Assembly (NCBI RefSeq): GCF_902459465.1
Contig: NC_047078.1
Span: 11,408,001 to 11,472,000 of the forward strand
DNA from: Asterias rubens
Taxonomy: Eukaryota
Direction: 5' to 3'
Length of the DNA stretch: 64,000 nt
The notes beneath the pieces were generated by a model. That model was not told the DNA's origin and searched no databases. It saw nothing but the letters and a program-made list of their open reading frames with translations. Both the position numbers and the translations under genes were made by a program. Positions 11,001-23,000 of the stretch are shown here, in pieces. Numbering within the stretch: position 1 is the stretch's first letter; each line of letters opens with the position of its first letter.

Positions 11001-14000
11001 GACCGCTCAGAAAGATCTAGATGAGATAGTGACTAAGAAATACAGAAAGTAAGTTTGAGCTTCGTTGGGGTAAACGTCGTAGCATTCCATTTTATTATGA
11101 TGGTTGTATCTTTCAATCAAACAACAACGATCTACTTGTTGTTAAATAAACCTCTGGTTCTTGTTATTACTCTTCTCACTTTCTCGACATACTGACGGAG
11201 AACTGTTTAATTGTTTTTGTAGGATATTGAGAGAGTGCAGAATGGAATGTGGGGTGAGTTTGGACATGTTTTTCCCAATGTTAACTTTATCTTTTGTTCT
11301 AAGTTTTGATTTACATGTATGCAAATTCTATGCACAATTTATGCAAATTTGCCATGTGTTTACTCAATCTAATTGACCCCTTGCACGCACGTCACACTTG
11401 GCTATTGTGCTACGCCCACCGTTTTGGTGGTCAATAGGTTTATGTGTAAACGCGGCATGCCTTAAATGCACACTTCACTGACATTGACCACCAAAGTTAT
11501 TCTGAAGATTATTCTGCGGATGACGCCAGGTAGATTGGGTCACTACATGTACTTTGTTCAGGGAGAGGGGTTTCATGTTTCTGTATTGTTTATTTGTCTT
11601 CCTTTGTTAAATTGTTTTGCTTCTGCTAAAGTCTGGTCTAGGTCTAGGCCTTTGGTGGCCGTCTAAAGAATTTGAGTTATTTTCAGTAAAGGAGATGATT
11701 TCATATTTTAGCAACATCATAATGGTGTTTGCATTTACTGCATTCTTTTGGTGATGCTCGTCAGAGGACAGGCCTCCTTTCCGTGTCTCTACATTACCCT
11801 GTTTATGGTTGTCATATTTTAGGAACTGTACACAAGTGACGAAGATGACAACCCCTCCTGTGGTGCTAGAGGTAAATATACATGTATCTTTGCTGTCAAA
11901 AACTTCAAGCGGAAAACAATGTTGGTACTGTGTTTTATTTATGAGTTTTGGAATATTGGTGTTATATTATACAGTAATAATAATAAAAATGATACATGTA
12001 TATATAGTCATATACATGTATGACAAATTCATGGTATTTTTAATTATTTTTCATTTGCAGACAAGACCCCTACCAAGAAGAGACCTTCATCATGGTATGA
12101 AGCACCCAGTGATATTACACTTCCTGTTTTCACACCAAGAGTACACTCGACCTTTGACATGAAGCCTTTTGAACTTCCTGCTGAGCTTCAAGCCGATGGT
12201 AAGAGAAAGTTTTAAATCGGGATAATTCAGTCGAGAAAAGTCTTCTTGCCTCAATAATTTTTAATTAATAATACTTTTGAATTGTTTCTGACTGGCATCT
12301 GAAAGAAATAGGGAGAGTGCTAATATAGGTATAAATGGTGTTAGAGTATCGGTATGTTAATTACTGCTTATAGGCATAGTAGCATATCAAGCATAAGTTA
12401 CCAGTGAAATGTTCTGGTTTTCGAATTGGGCAGTACCATGTACATTTTGTATCCAGGCCAATCCGGAAAAATAATTTGGCCTCAAGTACGATATCTCCGA
12501 TCCTTGACTGAACTGTAAGCTTTTGCGGAACAATTACTTTTAGATCTCGCTGCGAAAGTATGAAAATAATACATTTTGTCATCATGGGAGTCGCAAAGTT
12601 ACCTCGCATTATCCGTTTTCTCGTTGCGACTGTGCTCGTATTTTCCGTTTTTTTAAGACATAGAAACAGGCATGGGACAATTCGGGAATGGTGAAATACA
12701 CACATGTACCTCGTATTAACGGGCGTCTCATATCTTCCGAGCTCGGATTTACGAGGGTCGACGGTTTTATGAACAAACTTGCTGAGATGGCTTTTCTATG
12801 GTGCTCTTGTGCTGATGAGTTGTTGAAGACTGATGAAGATAATTGCATGTAGTGTTCAAATGTTGCCAACTGATTACCGAACGTTATGTACCTTCACTTA
12901 AAGGCAGTGTACACCATTGGTAATAACTCAAAATAATTATTAGCATTAAACCTTACTTGGTAACGAGTAATGGGGAAAGGTTGATAGTATAAAACATTGT
13001 GAGAAACAGCTCCCTCTGAAGTAACGTAGTTTTCAAGAAAGAAGTAATTTTCCACGAATTTGATTTCGATACCTCAGAATTAGATTTTGAGGTCTCAAAA
13101 TCAAGCATCAGAAAGCACACAACTTCGTGTGACAAGGGTGTTGTTTCTTTCATTGTTATCTCGCAACTTCAATGACCAATTGAGCTCAAAATTTCACAGG
13201 TTTGTTATTTTATGCATATGTTGAGATACAGCAATAGTGTCCAGGGTCTTCAACAAATTGTACGCACTTGTTTTCAACATTTCGCTGTTAGGGAGTATGA
13301 TAGAAAAGCCTTCTGCACCTGATTCTACTTGAACCTCACTGAGCCTTTATTTTTTAATGTTTCTTTGTTAGGGAGTGTGGAAGAAAAGAGTGGTCCTATC
13401 CCGCCTTCTGCACCTAATTCCCCATTGCATCTCACTGAAGCGGCATATATGGACATGATTGAGAAACACCAGCGCAGGAGGGACTCTTGCTTTGTAATTC
13501 ATTCATTCATTCAAACTGATATTTATTTCCATACTTCATGAAAACAGACTACAAACAATGTTTTTAAGGAATAACCAATAAACAAAGCTATTTAATGAGG
13601 GTGAGAAAAATAAATACATAGAGTATGGAGGCATCATCTGGAAGCCGAGGCTTATGTAGGGATGCCTGGGGACAGACAATAAACGGGGACAAGAACGGAC
13701 GGACTGACAAAACGAACAAAGACAGACATGATGAAGACAGCAATGATGAGAACACTAATTGCACAATAATAATAACAATAATAATAATAATAATAATAAT
13801 ACTACCAATAATAACAATAAGAATAAGAAATCGAGAAGTAATTATTATTCAATTTCGATATACGTGGTGCGATAAATGCAAATGATTCGTTTGTCATTTC
13901 TTTATTTCTTTGAAAAGAGCATAATAATGCTGAGGGCACTATGCACATTTGTTAACGACTGAAAACAAATATTAGCATACAAACTTACTTGTAACAAGCA

Positions 14001-17000
14001 ACGGGGAGATGTTGATTGGACCAAGCATTGTTTAGGAACAGCTCCTTCTGAAGTAACGCAGTTTTTGAGAATATTCAAATATTTGAAGTCTTTTCAGGCA
14101 TCAGAAAGCATTTTGGTTGTTTTTCTTTCATTATTCTCTCACAACTTTGATGAATAATTGAGTCAAAATTTGCACAGAATCGTTATTTTATGGGATACAC
14201 CAAGTGAGAATGAATATTGGTGGTTGACATTTGCCAAATGTGTTCAGTACCTTTAAGACCCCATGATGATATGTGCCTTTTGGTTCCACATTTGTGAAAG
14301 CAGAAACACCAAGAGATGTGAGAGATGTGATAAAGATGAGCTGTTTATTGATCAAACATCGGCACATTTTCTTTGAATGACTTTGTTTGTGGTTAGTGTT
14401 ATTGTCTACATTTATATAGGATTAAAACAATTAAACAGTTGCAAAACCAATGGTATTTTTCCCTTTAACATGGCATCCAATATTTCTTATTATTTGAATG
14501 TTTTTTAATTTGCAGAATAACTTTGAGCTTGATACCAGCCATGTATCACTTGACGATATAATGATCCGGACATTTTCCAGCCAGAATTCCCCAACTGTAC
14601 CATCAAGAGGTATAGCTTTTGTTATTACCAGGAATGGGGCAGGAAGTGTACTGTCCCATTTCTATGTGAACCAACTCTCAGAATTCTACTGTATTTTACT
14701 GTGTCTTTTTTTGTTTTAAATGTTGTTGTTATAAAAAAGTTTTTGTTATGCAAGTTGCCAGACACGCAAGGCCTTCTTTTGATGGGTGATTCACATAATG
14801 TTGCTTATTTTAGACTAGTGTTTCTTGTGGCGTGTTATAGCTGAGCGGTCAAGGGCGGTGGACTCAAGTTCTGTAATTTACAGAATGCACTCAATATTTG
14901 ACTTTTCTTTAATTTTTTTCCAAGCAGTGTGCTCGAAACCTTCCCCGCTGTCACAGAAGAGAAAAAATAAAGCGAAAGACAAACTGGCAAAAAAGAGAAA
15001 GAAAGGCAGACCGCCCAAGGTGGCCACGCCCGTTTCTGTTGTGTCTATAGATAGCCAGATATCATTGGCTACGTTGGAGTCACCTGTGAGTATCTCGACC
15101 AATCAGGAAGAGCGATCTACACCAGTTGAAGCAGTGAAGGATGAGGAAGATGTTGATATTGAGAGGCAAGTCATAATGTTCTGTCTGTGTGCGTTGTCAG
15201 AGCAAACCTAGTCCTATTATAGTATTCTACAATTTACTGACTAAAAGTCAGCAGATGTTTCTGATCAGCAGAGTGTGGGTTTGAGTCCCTGTCATTTTTA
15301 TTTTATATTTTTAATTTTTTGTATGCAAGTCGCCTGACACACAAGGCCTGAAGGCCACTTCAAGGTGTGGGCTACAATTATATTTTCCAGAGGCCGTTGC
15401 CACCTACTCCTGGGGCTGAAACAGGGTTACCCCTTTCACAGTCCATACGAGTGTAGGCTTGGGTATCATCAAATGGAAGCCTGGCCGGTAGAGCAGAAAG
15501 CACTACCTCCCCAATTTTATGTAGCAAGTGTCACGACCGGGATCCGAACCCACACCCTGCTGATCAAACACCAGTGCTTGAATCCGATGCTCTTAACCGC
15601 TCGGTCATGACACTTGTGTCCGAAGCAAGACACCTACATGTATACATGTCGGTCTGTTATTGCTCCGTCCTTTGGATTGGACTTTAAGCCGTAGGTTCCG
15701 TGTGTTGTGTAATATAAAAGAACCAAATGTAATGATCAGAAAAATAAGGGGTTCCCCCTGGTGTTCCTGGTTTGTTTGGTTGCATATTGCCTCACAGTAA
15801 ACCACAACAAGGTACTATGTATAAAGGATTTGTCTCTCACTTGTTTGTGTGTTTGTTTGAATGATCTTCCCATCAAAGGAACTCGGCAAACTCCCACAAA
15901 GGGATATAAACACCCAGCTGGCAACAGCCAATCTCTCTCATACAAACATTGGTTTAAGTCTATGATTATGAATCACACAAATCAAGAAGTTGTGATTCAG
16001 TATCTAGACAACTAGAAATCAGTGGTGAGCTGGGGGATTTGAACCCACAACCTTGTGATTGCAAGTCCCGTAGTCGAATCACAACATATCTCCACGTACC
16101 TTGCAGGAAATAATACTGATCACCCTGATACAACCCTACAGGTGTGATAAAGCACAGTATAAGAACCCACGCAGTAATAATATTATCAGAATTGGAAATA
16201 ATGTTAGTGCATGTACTTTTTTTATATATTTCAGTTCACTGAAGTCCATGATCTATCCAAACTTCTTCAGTTTCCTCCGAGACACCATGAAGCAATCCGA
16301 CAACCATTTCATGACTTTTGCCGAGCTTGAGTTCCACACGGAAAAGTGGGAACAGGAGCCTGTGAGTGCCCTCAATGTTTGGTTTACGCTCATGCTCTCG
16401 TGGTCAAAGGTCATCAGTAGCATGCTGAAGTTCCTGATCGGAGAGTTGCCGAGTATGCCGATTAAAGACCCCATTGTAGAACAGAATGAAGAGACGAAAG
16501 CATGGAGATGGATAGGTAGGAATCATACCTCTTTCTCTAAAACTATTTTGCTTCATTTATTTATTAATTTTGTTTTATTTTTCAAAGTAGTCATGTATTA
16601 TAACTTACATTATTTTATAATAAGTAAGGAAACTTAAGCACATTAGGAAAGTTGTGTGAGCGAAAGTTAGCAGGAAACCAGTCACAGATAGTACATGTTA
16701 CATGTATGAGATGGTATTTTGATGGTAACTTTTATCTGGTATTAAAGCTTCATGATTTGTTATGCTTTGGCACTGGACAGTGGACACTACTGGTAATTAC
16801 TCAAAATAATTGCTGCCATCAAAACTTACTCAGCAACGAGCAAGTTGAAACGTTGTGAGAAACGACTCCCTCTGAAGTAACATCAATTTTTGAGAAAGAA
16901 TTAATTATTATTATTATTTTTTTTTATTCCATTAGAATTAATTTCTGACTAAAATATTTGAATTGAATAACTGAAGGCATCTGAAAGCAGACAACTTTTG

Positions 17001-20000
17001 CAACAAGGGTATTTTTTCTTCCATTATTCTTTCGAAAATTTGACGACTATTTGAGCACAAATTTTCACAGGTTTGTTATCATATGCATATTATGTTGAGA
17101 TACACCAAGTGAGAAGGCTGGTCCAGTGACTTTACAAAATTCTTTGAAGTTGGCCCCTTTTCTCATTTTACCATCATTGTTGCTTTGTTTACCAGGGGAG
17201 GGAAGAGACTCAGATGAACAGCTAACCACCCTTTTCAAGCAATGGTTGACTGCAGTTATGGAAGATAAACCTACACCTCCTGAAACAGAATGTCACTCGA
17301 GTCCAACAGTACCAAGCCCAATCAAAGTGTGAGTAATTCAAGGCAGGATTCTAACTTCCTCAAATTAAGCCCCGCCCACCTACCTCTTGATCGTTATGCC
17401 AGTGATTTGTACCACTTCACTACTTCTATTCTCATGAAAGAATATTCAGCATCTACATGTAACTGGGGGACTCACTGGCGTGTAGTTCTTCCAACAGTGA
17501 ACACTTTATGTGCTCTTATTGTGCTATCATATACAGGTTTGGTGTGATTTGGTGAGAGTGAAAAATAAACATTCTTTGTTTAATTAGCAAAGAATGCCTC
17601 CTTCAACATTTTTGTTTTCAAATTCCTTGAACAGACGGACAGACTTTGTTGTTCGACCGAGCAACGCGGAAGAGAAAGATTTATTCAGGGCTCAGGTGAG
17701 TTATGGGGTTATCAAGTTACCAAGTTACCAAGTTATGCCGTGTCCGAAACGACGACTTCGGCTACAGCTACGGCTAGATCAGCGCGTCTACCAGTGTTGA
17801 AGAATAGGCAGACGCGCGCGATCTAGCCGTAGCTGTATCCGAAGTCGTCGTTTCGGACACAGCCTTATGCTTTTCAATTCATTTCAATTGTACACTTATT
17901 TTATACTCATTGCACAAAAGTGCAGTAGTTTGCTAATGCATTACCTTGGTCAAAAGGTAAGACTGCAGGACTTGCTATCGTAAGGTTTCTTCCATTAGAA
18001 AATCTTTAAGTCCATGGGAACTTTTGGAGGGGTACCAAGGCCATGACCAGGGTCTCTATGGCCTCTGTGTAATTCAAGACCTATAAAACATTCTATGTCC
18101 AATGTTTATGGGGTTTCATGGTCGAGTGGTTAAGAGCATCAAAATCAAGTTCTCGTGGCTAAGTCATCAGGGTCAGGGTATGGGTTTGAATCTCGGTTGT
18201 GACACTTGTGTCCTTGAGCAAGACACTTAACTTGATATGCTTCTCTCCTCAAGTGAGGGCAGAGATGGTTCTTTTGAATGATTTAGCTTGATGCACTACA
18301 CACTCCCCCCACTGACTGACGGACCTTAGCACTATATAAGAAGCCACTATTATTATTGGTATGATCTCTACAACACACAGGAACATGAGCGTTATGAACA
18401 GCCTCACAAAGCCTACACATATCACATCCACGGGTACCAGTCAGTTGTGGGACCAGTTAAAGGAGTGTATAGCCGAGAAGCATCGCTCAACAAGGCGAGA
18501 GAACATTCCCTCCTGGTGTCTGATAGACCCCCTTATGTTACCATTCTTTCTCTGGGTAAGTTAAAAGACCAAAGGTCTCCTTAATGCCATCGTTTGGGTT
18601 AGGGTAATGATTAGGGTTGGGGTTAGGATTAGAGTTAGGGTAAGGATTAGGGTTGGGGTTAGGATTAGAGTTAGGGTAAGGATTAGGGTTGGGGTTAGGA
18701 TTAGAGTTAGGGTAAGGATTAGGGTTGGGGTTAGGATTAGAGTTAGGGTAAGGATTAGGGTTGGGGTTAGGATTAGAGTTAGGGTAAGGATTAGGGTTGG
18801 GGTTAGGATTAGAGTTAGGGTAAGGATTAGGGTTGGGGTTAGGATTAGAGTTAGGGTAAGAATTAGGGTTGGGGTTAGGATTAGAGTTAGGGTAAGGATT
18901 AGGGTTGGGGTTAGGATTAGAGTTAGGGTAATGATTAGGGTTGGGGTTAGGATTAGAGTTAGGGTAATGATTAGGGTTGGGGTTAGGATTAGAGTTAGGG
19001 TAATGATTAGGGTTGGGGTTAGGATTAGAGTTAGGGTAAGGATTAGGGTTGGGGTTAGGATTAGAGTTAGGGTAATGATTAGGGTTGGGGTTAGGATTAG
19101 AGTTAGGGTAATGATTAGGGTTGGGGTTAGGATTAGAGTTAGGGTAATGATTAGGGTTGGGGTTAGGATTAGAGTTAGGGTAATGATTAGGGTTGGGGTT
19201 AGGATTAGAGTTAGGGTAAGGATTAGGGTTGGGGTTAGGATTAGAGTTAGGGTAATGATTAGGGTTGGGGTTAGGATTAGAGTTAGGGTAATGATTAGGG
19301 TTGGGGTTAGGATTAGAGTTAGGGTAAGGATTAGGGTTGGGGTTAGGATTAGAGTTAGGGTAAGGATTAGGGTTGGGGTTAGGATTAGAGTAAGGGTAAT
19401 GATTAGGGTTGGGGTTAGGATTAGAGTTAGGGTAATGATTAGGGTTGGGGTTAGGATTAGAGTTAGGGTAAGGATTAGGGTTAGGTTTAGGATTAGAGTT
19501 AGGGTAATGATTAGGGTTGGGGTTAGGATTAGAGTTAGGGTAAGAATTAGGGTTGGGGTTAGGATTAGAGTTAGGGTAATGATTAGGGTTGGGGTTAGGA
19601 TTAGAGTTAGGGTAATGATTAGGGTTGGGGTTAGGATTAGAGTTAGGGTAATGATTAGGGTTGGGGTTAGGATTAGAGTTAGGGTAATGATTAGGGTTGG
19701 GGTTAGGATTAGAGTTAGGGTAATGATTAGGGTTGGGGTTAGGATTAGAGTTAGGGTAATGATTAGGGTTGGGGTTAGGATTAGAGTTAGGTTAAGGATT
19801 AGGGTTGGGGTTAGGATTAGAGTTAGGGTAATGATTAGGGTTGGGGTTAGGATTAGAGTTAGGGTAATGATTAGGGTTGGGGTTAGGATTAGAGTTAGGG
19901 TAATGATTAGGGTTGGGGTTAGGATTAGAGTTAGGGTAATGATTAGGGTTGGGGTTAGGATTAGAGTTAGGGTAATGATTAGGGTTGGGGTTAGGATTAG

Positions 20001-23000
20001 AGTTAAGGTAAGGATTAGGGTTGGGGTTAGGATTAGAGTTAGGGTAATGATTAGGGTTGGGGTTAGGATTAGAGTTAGGGTAATGATTAGGGTTGGGGTT
20101 AGGATTAGAGTTAGGGTAAGGATTAGGGTTGGGGTTAGGATTAGAGTTAGGGTAAGAATTAGGGTTGGGGTTAGGATTAGAGTTAGGGTAAGGATTAGGG
20201 TTGGGGTTAGGATTAGAGTTAGGTTAAGGATTAGGGTTGGGGTAGGGTCATTTAACAAGGCGAGAGAACATTCTTTCCTTGTGTCCGATAGACCAGTCTT
20301 AGACCAGTCCAGACCCACCCTCACTTTGCTTTTTAATCTGTAAAGGTGAAGCCATTGTTAACCACCTGCGTTCCTCCGTGGTTCCACCGGTCAGTGAATG
20401 AGCTGGACCTAAAAATAGCCGACCTGTCGCTCAGCGGATCCGCAGGAATATGCATGTTTATTAACATGTAAATGAGCTGTCGTGGCCGTGAACCTGCCCA
20501 GTTGCTACGGGTTCTTTTGTTATAAAAATCTGCGGACTGCCACAGAATGCACGTGGAATGGAACTGATTTGAGGTTTTGACATGGTGCCTAGAAGCTCAT
20601 GTGGAAAACTGTTCTTTCCCAAACCGAATCCAACCCTAGTTAATTCTTTGTTCAACCCCAAAAACCTTTCCCAAACCTGTAAGTTCCAACCTGAGTCAGG
20701 TCTGTTTTTAATGGGTGGTTTACTTAATGTGTTTTATTCTGTTCTGACAAACATTCAGTGCGTGATGCCGTTGCGAGACTCCCCAATGGCGAAGGAACCC
20801 GCTCAGAGGTTTGTGAACTTCTGAAGGACTCCAAGTTCCTTGTTGATGCAACAGACAATCAAATCAACACTGTCGTCAGTGGAGCACTTGACAGGTTGCA
20901 CTATGAGAAAGACCCCTGTGTTAAATATGACGGGAATCGCAAACTGTGGATATATCTACATCGAAATAGGATTGAGGAAGAGTTTGGTGAGTTGTTTGAC
21001 GATGACTTAAGCAAGCTAGTCGAAACGTTGAGACCATTTAAAGAACTTTTTTTTTTACTTTTGGGCACATGCCTCACAGATATCTCAGGGGCCCCGTTTG
21101 CAGGGACCATTGCTGGGTATGTCTTCTGTGTTGCATTAGTGCTCGGGCTGGATCGTATCAGACACTTGAGACCATTTAAAGAACTCCCTTTGCGTTTAAC
21201 AACGAGAAGACCCCTTGATCTGTTGTAGTCACAGCCAATTTCCTACCTTCCACGCAGTGTGTAGTTCAAGCATGAAAGTTCTTTTTAGAGCTTGAGAAGT
21301 CTCGCGATCTCCAAAACTTTACTCTGCAGTGGTAGAAAAGTCTCCTGAATTCTGAAAAATCTAACTCTGTGGTAGTATAATATAAAGCAAGACAGTTCTC
21401 TAAAGAACAAAACCTACCTACATGTAGCAAGTAGACACATAGTGAATACCGAATATATTGTGTGTGGTAGAATAGGGAAGTTTCTCGAACCTAGGGTCAT
21501 GTCACCCTGGGCAATTCACAGGCAACCACTTACAGGCAATCCCCTTGTAGAGAATCCATTCACATTTGAATATTCACCTTATGGATCGTAAGACATTGTT
21601 TGACAAGTTACTCATGTGCAACCAAAGTGGTCCTGTAGCATGCACTGTAGATGGCTGCCTCCAAGTTGCCTGTTAATGTGGCCTGATGTGCCACGACCCT
21701 TACAATTAATGATGTACGGAGTCTGTAAATCTCCCGAGTTTTAACATCTTGGAGGTTCCAGTTCTAGGACGATAGAGACCAGGTAATTTCCAGGAAATGT
21801 CACACTTTTCTTAATCTCACGTCTGATGCTTGACCATGTGCAGATTTTTGGGGAAAGTACTAGATGCAAGCCAATTCTTCGTAAAGCACATTGATACTTT
21901 ATCGTAAAATGCGCTTTATAAGAACAAGTTATTATTATTATTAATTTTATTATTTGTTTGTTTGTGTTGTTTCTGTTCATAGAGAGACTTCACCTTGAGC
22001 AAGCTGTGTCTGTGAAAGCAAAACGCACCCTACAGAAGCAGCCCAAACCCGTCCAGAAAACAGTGAGTAATAACTTTTGTTTACCAGAACAAGTTGATTG
22101 GGAACTCTGGTGTTTGTTCTTCTAATCTGATCTCAATTGGTCGTTCAAAATCGTACTTTACAATAGTTTAAGGCAGTTGACGCTATTGGTAATTTGTTTA
22201 AAATAATTATTAGCATAAAATAATAATAATAATAATAATAAGACATTTGTAAAGCGCCTAATGCAAAAGCCTCTAAGTAATGGGAAGAGGTTGATAGTAT
22301 AAAACACTGTGAGAAACAGCTCCCTCTGAAGTGACGTTGTTTTCGAGAAAGAAGTTATTTTTCACAATTTAAAATTTGAGTTTTTGAAATCAAGCATCTG
22401 AAAGCACACAATTTCGTGTGACCATGTGCGACAAGGGTGTTTTTTTCTTTCATTAATGTCTTGCAACTTCGACGGCCGATTGAGCTGACATTTTCACAGG
22501 TTTTTTACTTTATGCATATGTTGAGATATACCAACTGTGAAGACTAGTCTTTGACAATTACCAATAATGTCCAGTGTCTTTAAGGTACAAACTTTCTTGA
22601 TTATGAGTAATAGAGAGCCGTTGATCAAATAAAACTCTGTGAAGTTTCACAGTTTTTTGAGGTACTTTCACACTCAAAAATTCTAAGAGATCAGGCCTAA
22701 ACCCTTTTTTAAGCATCTGGAAGCACACAAGTTTGTGCAACAAGGGTGTTTTTTCCTTTCATTATTTTCCTGCAACTTCGACATGTCTAAATTTTCGCAG
22801 ACATGTAAGATATGACAATTTTTGCATGTATATGTATATGTTGGGATACACCAGGTGAGAATACTGGTCATATTACCAAACCGTCCAAACTAGTCGAAAC
22901 ATATTAGTTGTTGGCTGTGTCCATCAAATCCCGACTGAAGAACTTATTTTATTATGTTTGACTGTCTTTTGCTGTTTTCAGAAACAGGTGATCAGGGATA

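Noticed and set aside
16022-16085. tRNA-like sequences (also about 32180-32230, 45557-45615, 46695-46720, 57860-57930)
   Set aside because: B-box is present but the acceptor and D stems are broken, and the flanks match SINE bodies; these are SINE heads or pseudogenes, not tRNA genes.
18593-20247. CRISPR-like regular array or a true chromosome end
   Set aside because: No unique spacers, eukaryotic context, and genes continue on both sides.
18561-20324. 587-aa minus-strand ORF (LTLILTPT repeats) and the 578-aa plus-strand ORF as real genes
   Set aside because: Both are stop-free readings of the 36-bp telomere-like array inside an NFRKB intron, with no domain content or splice context.
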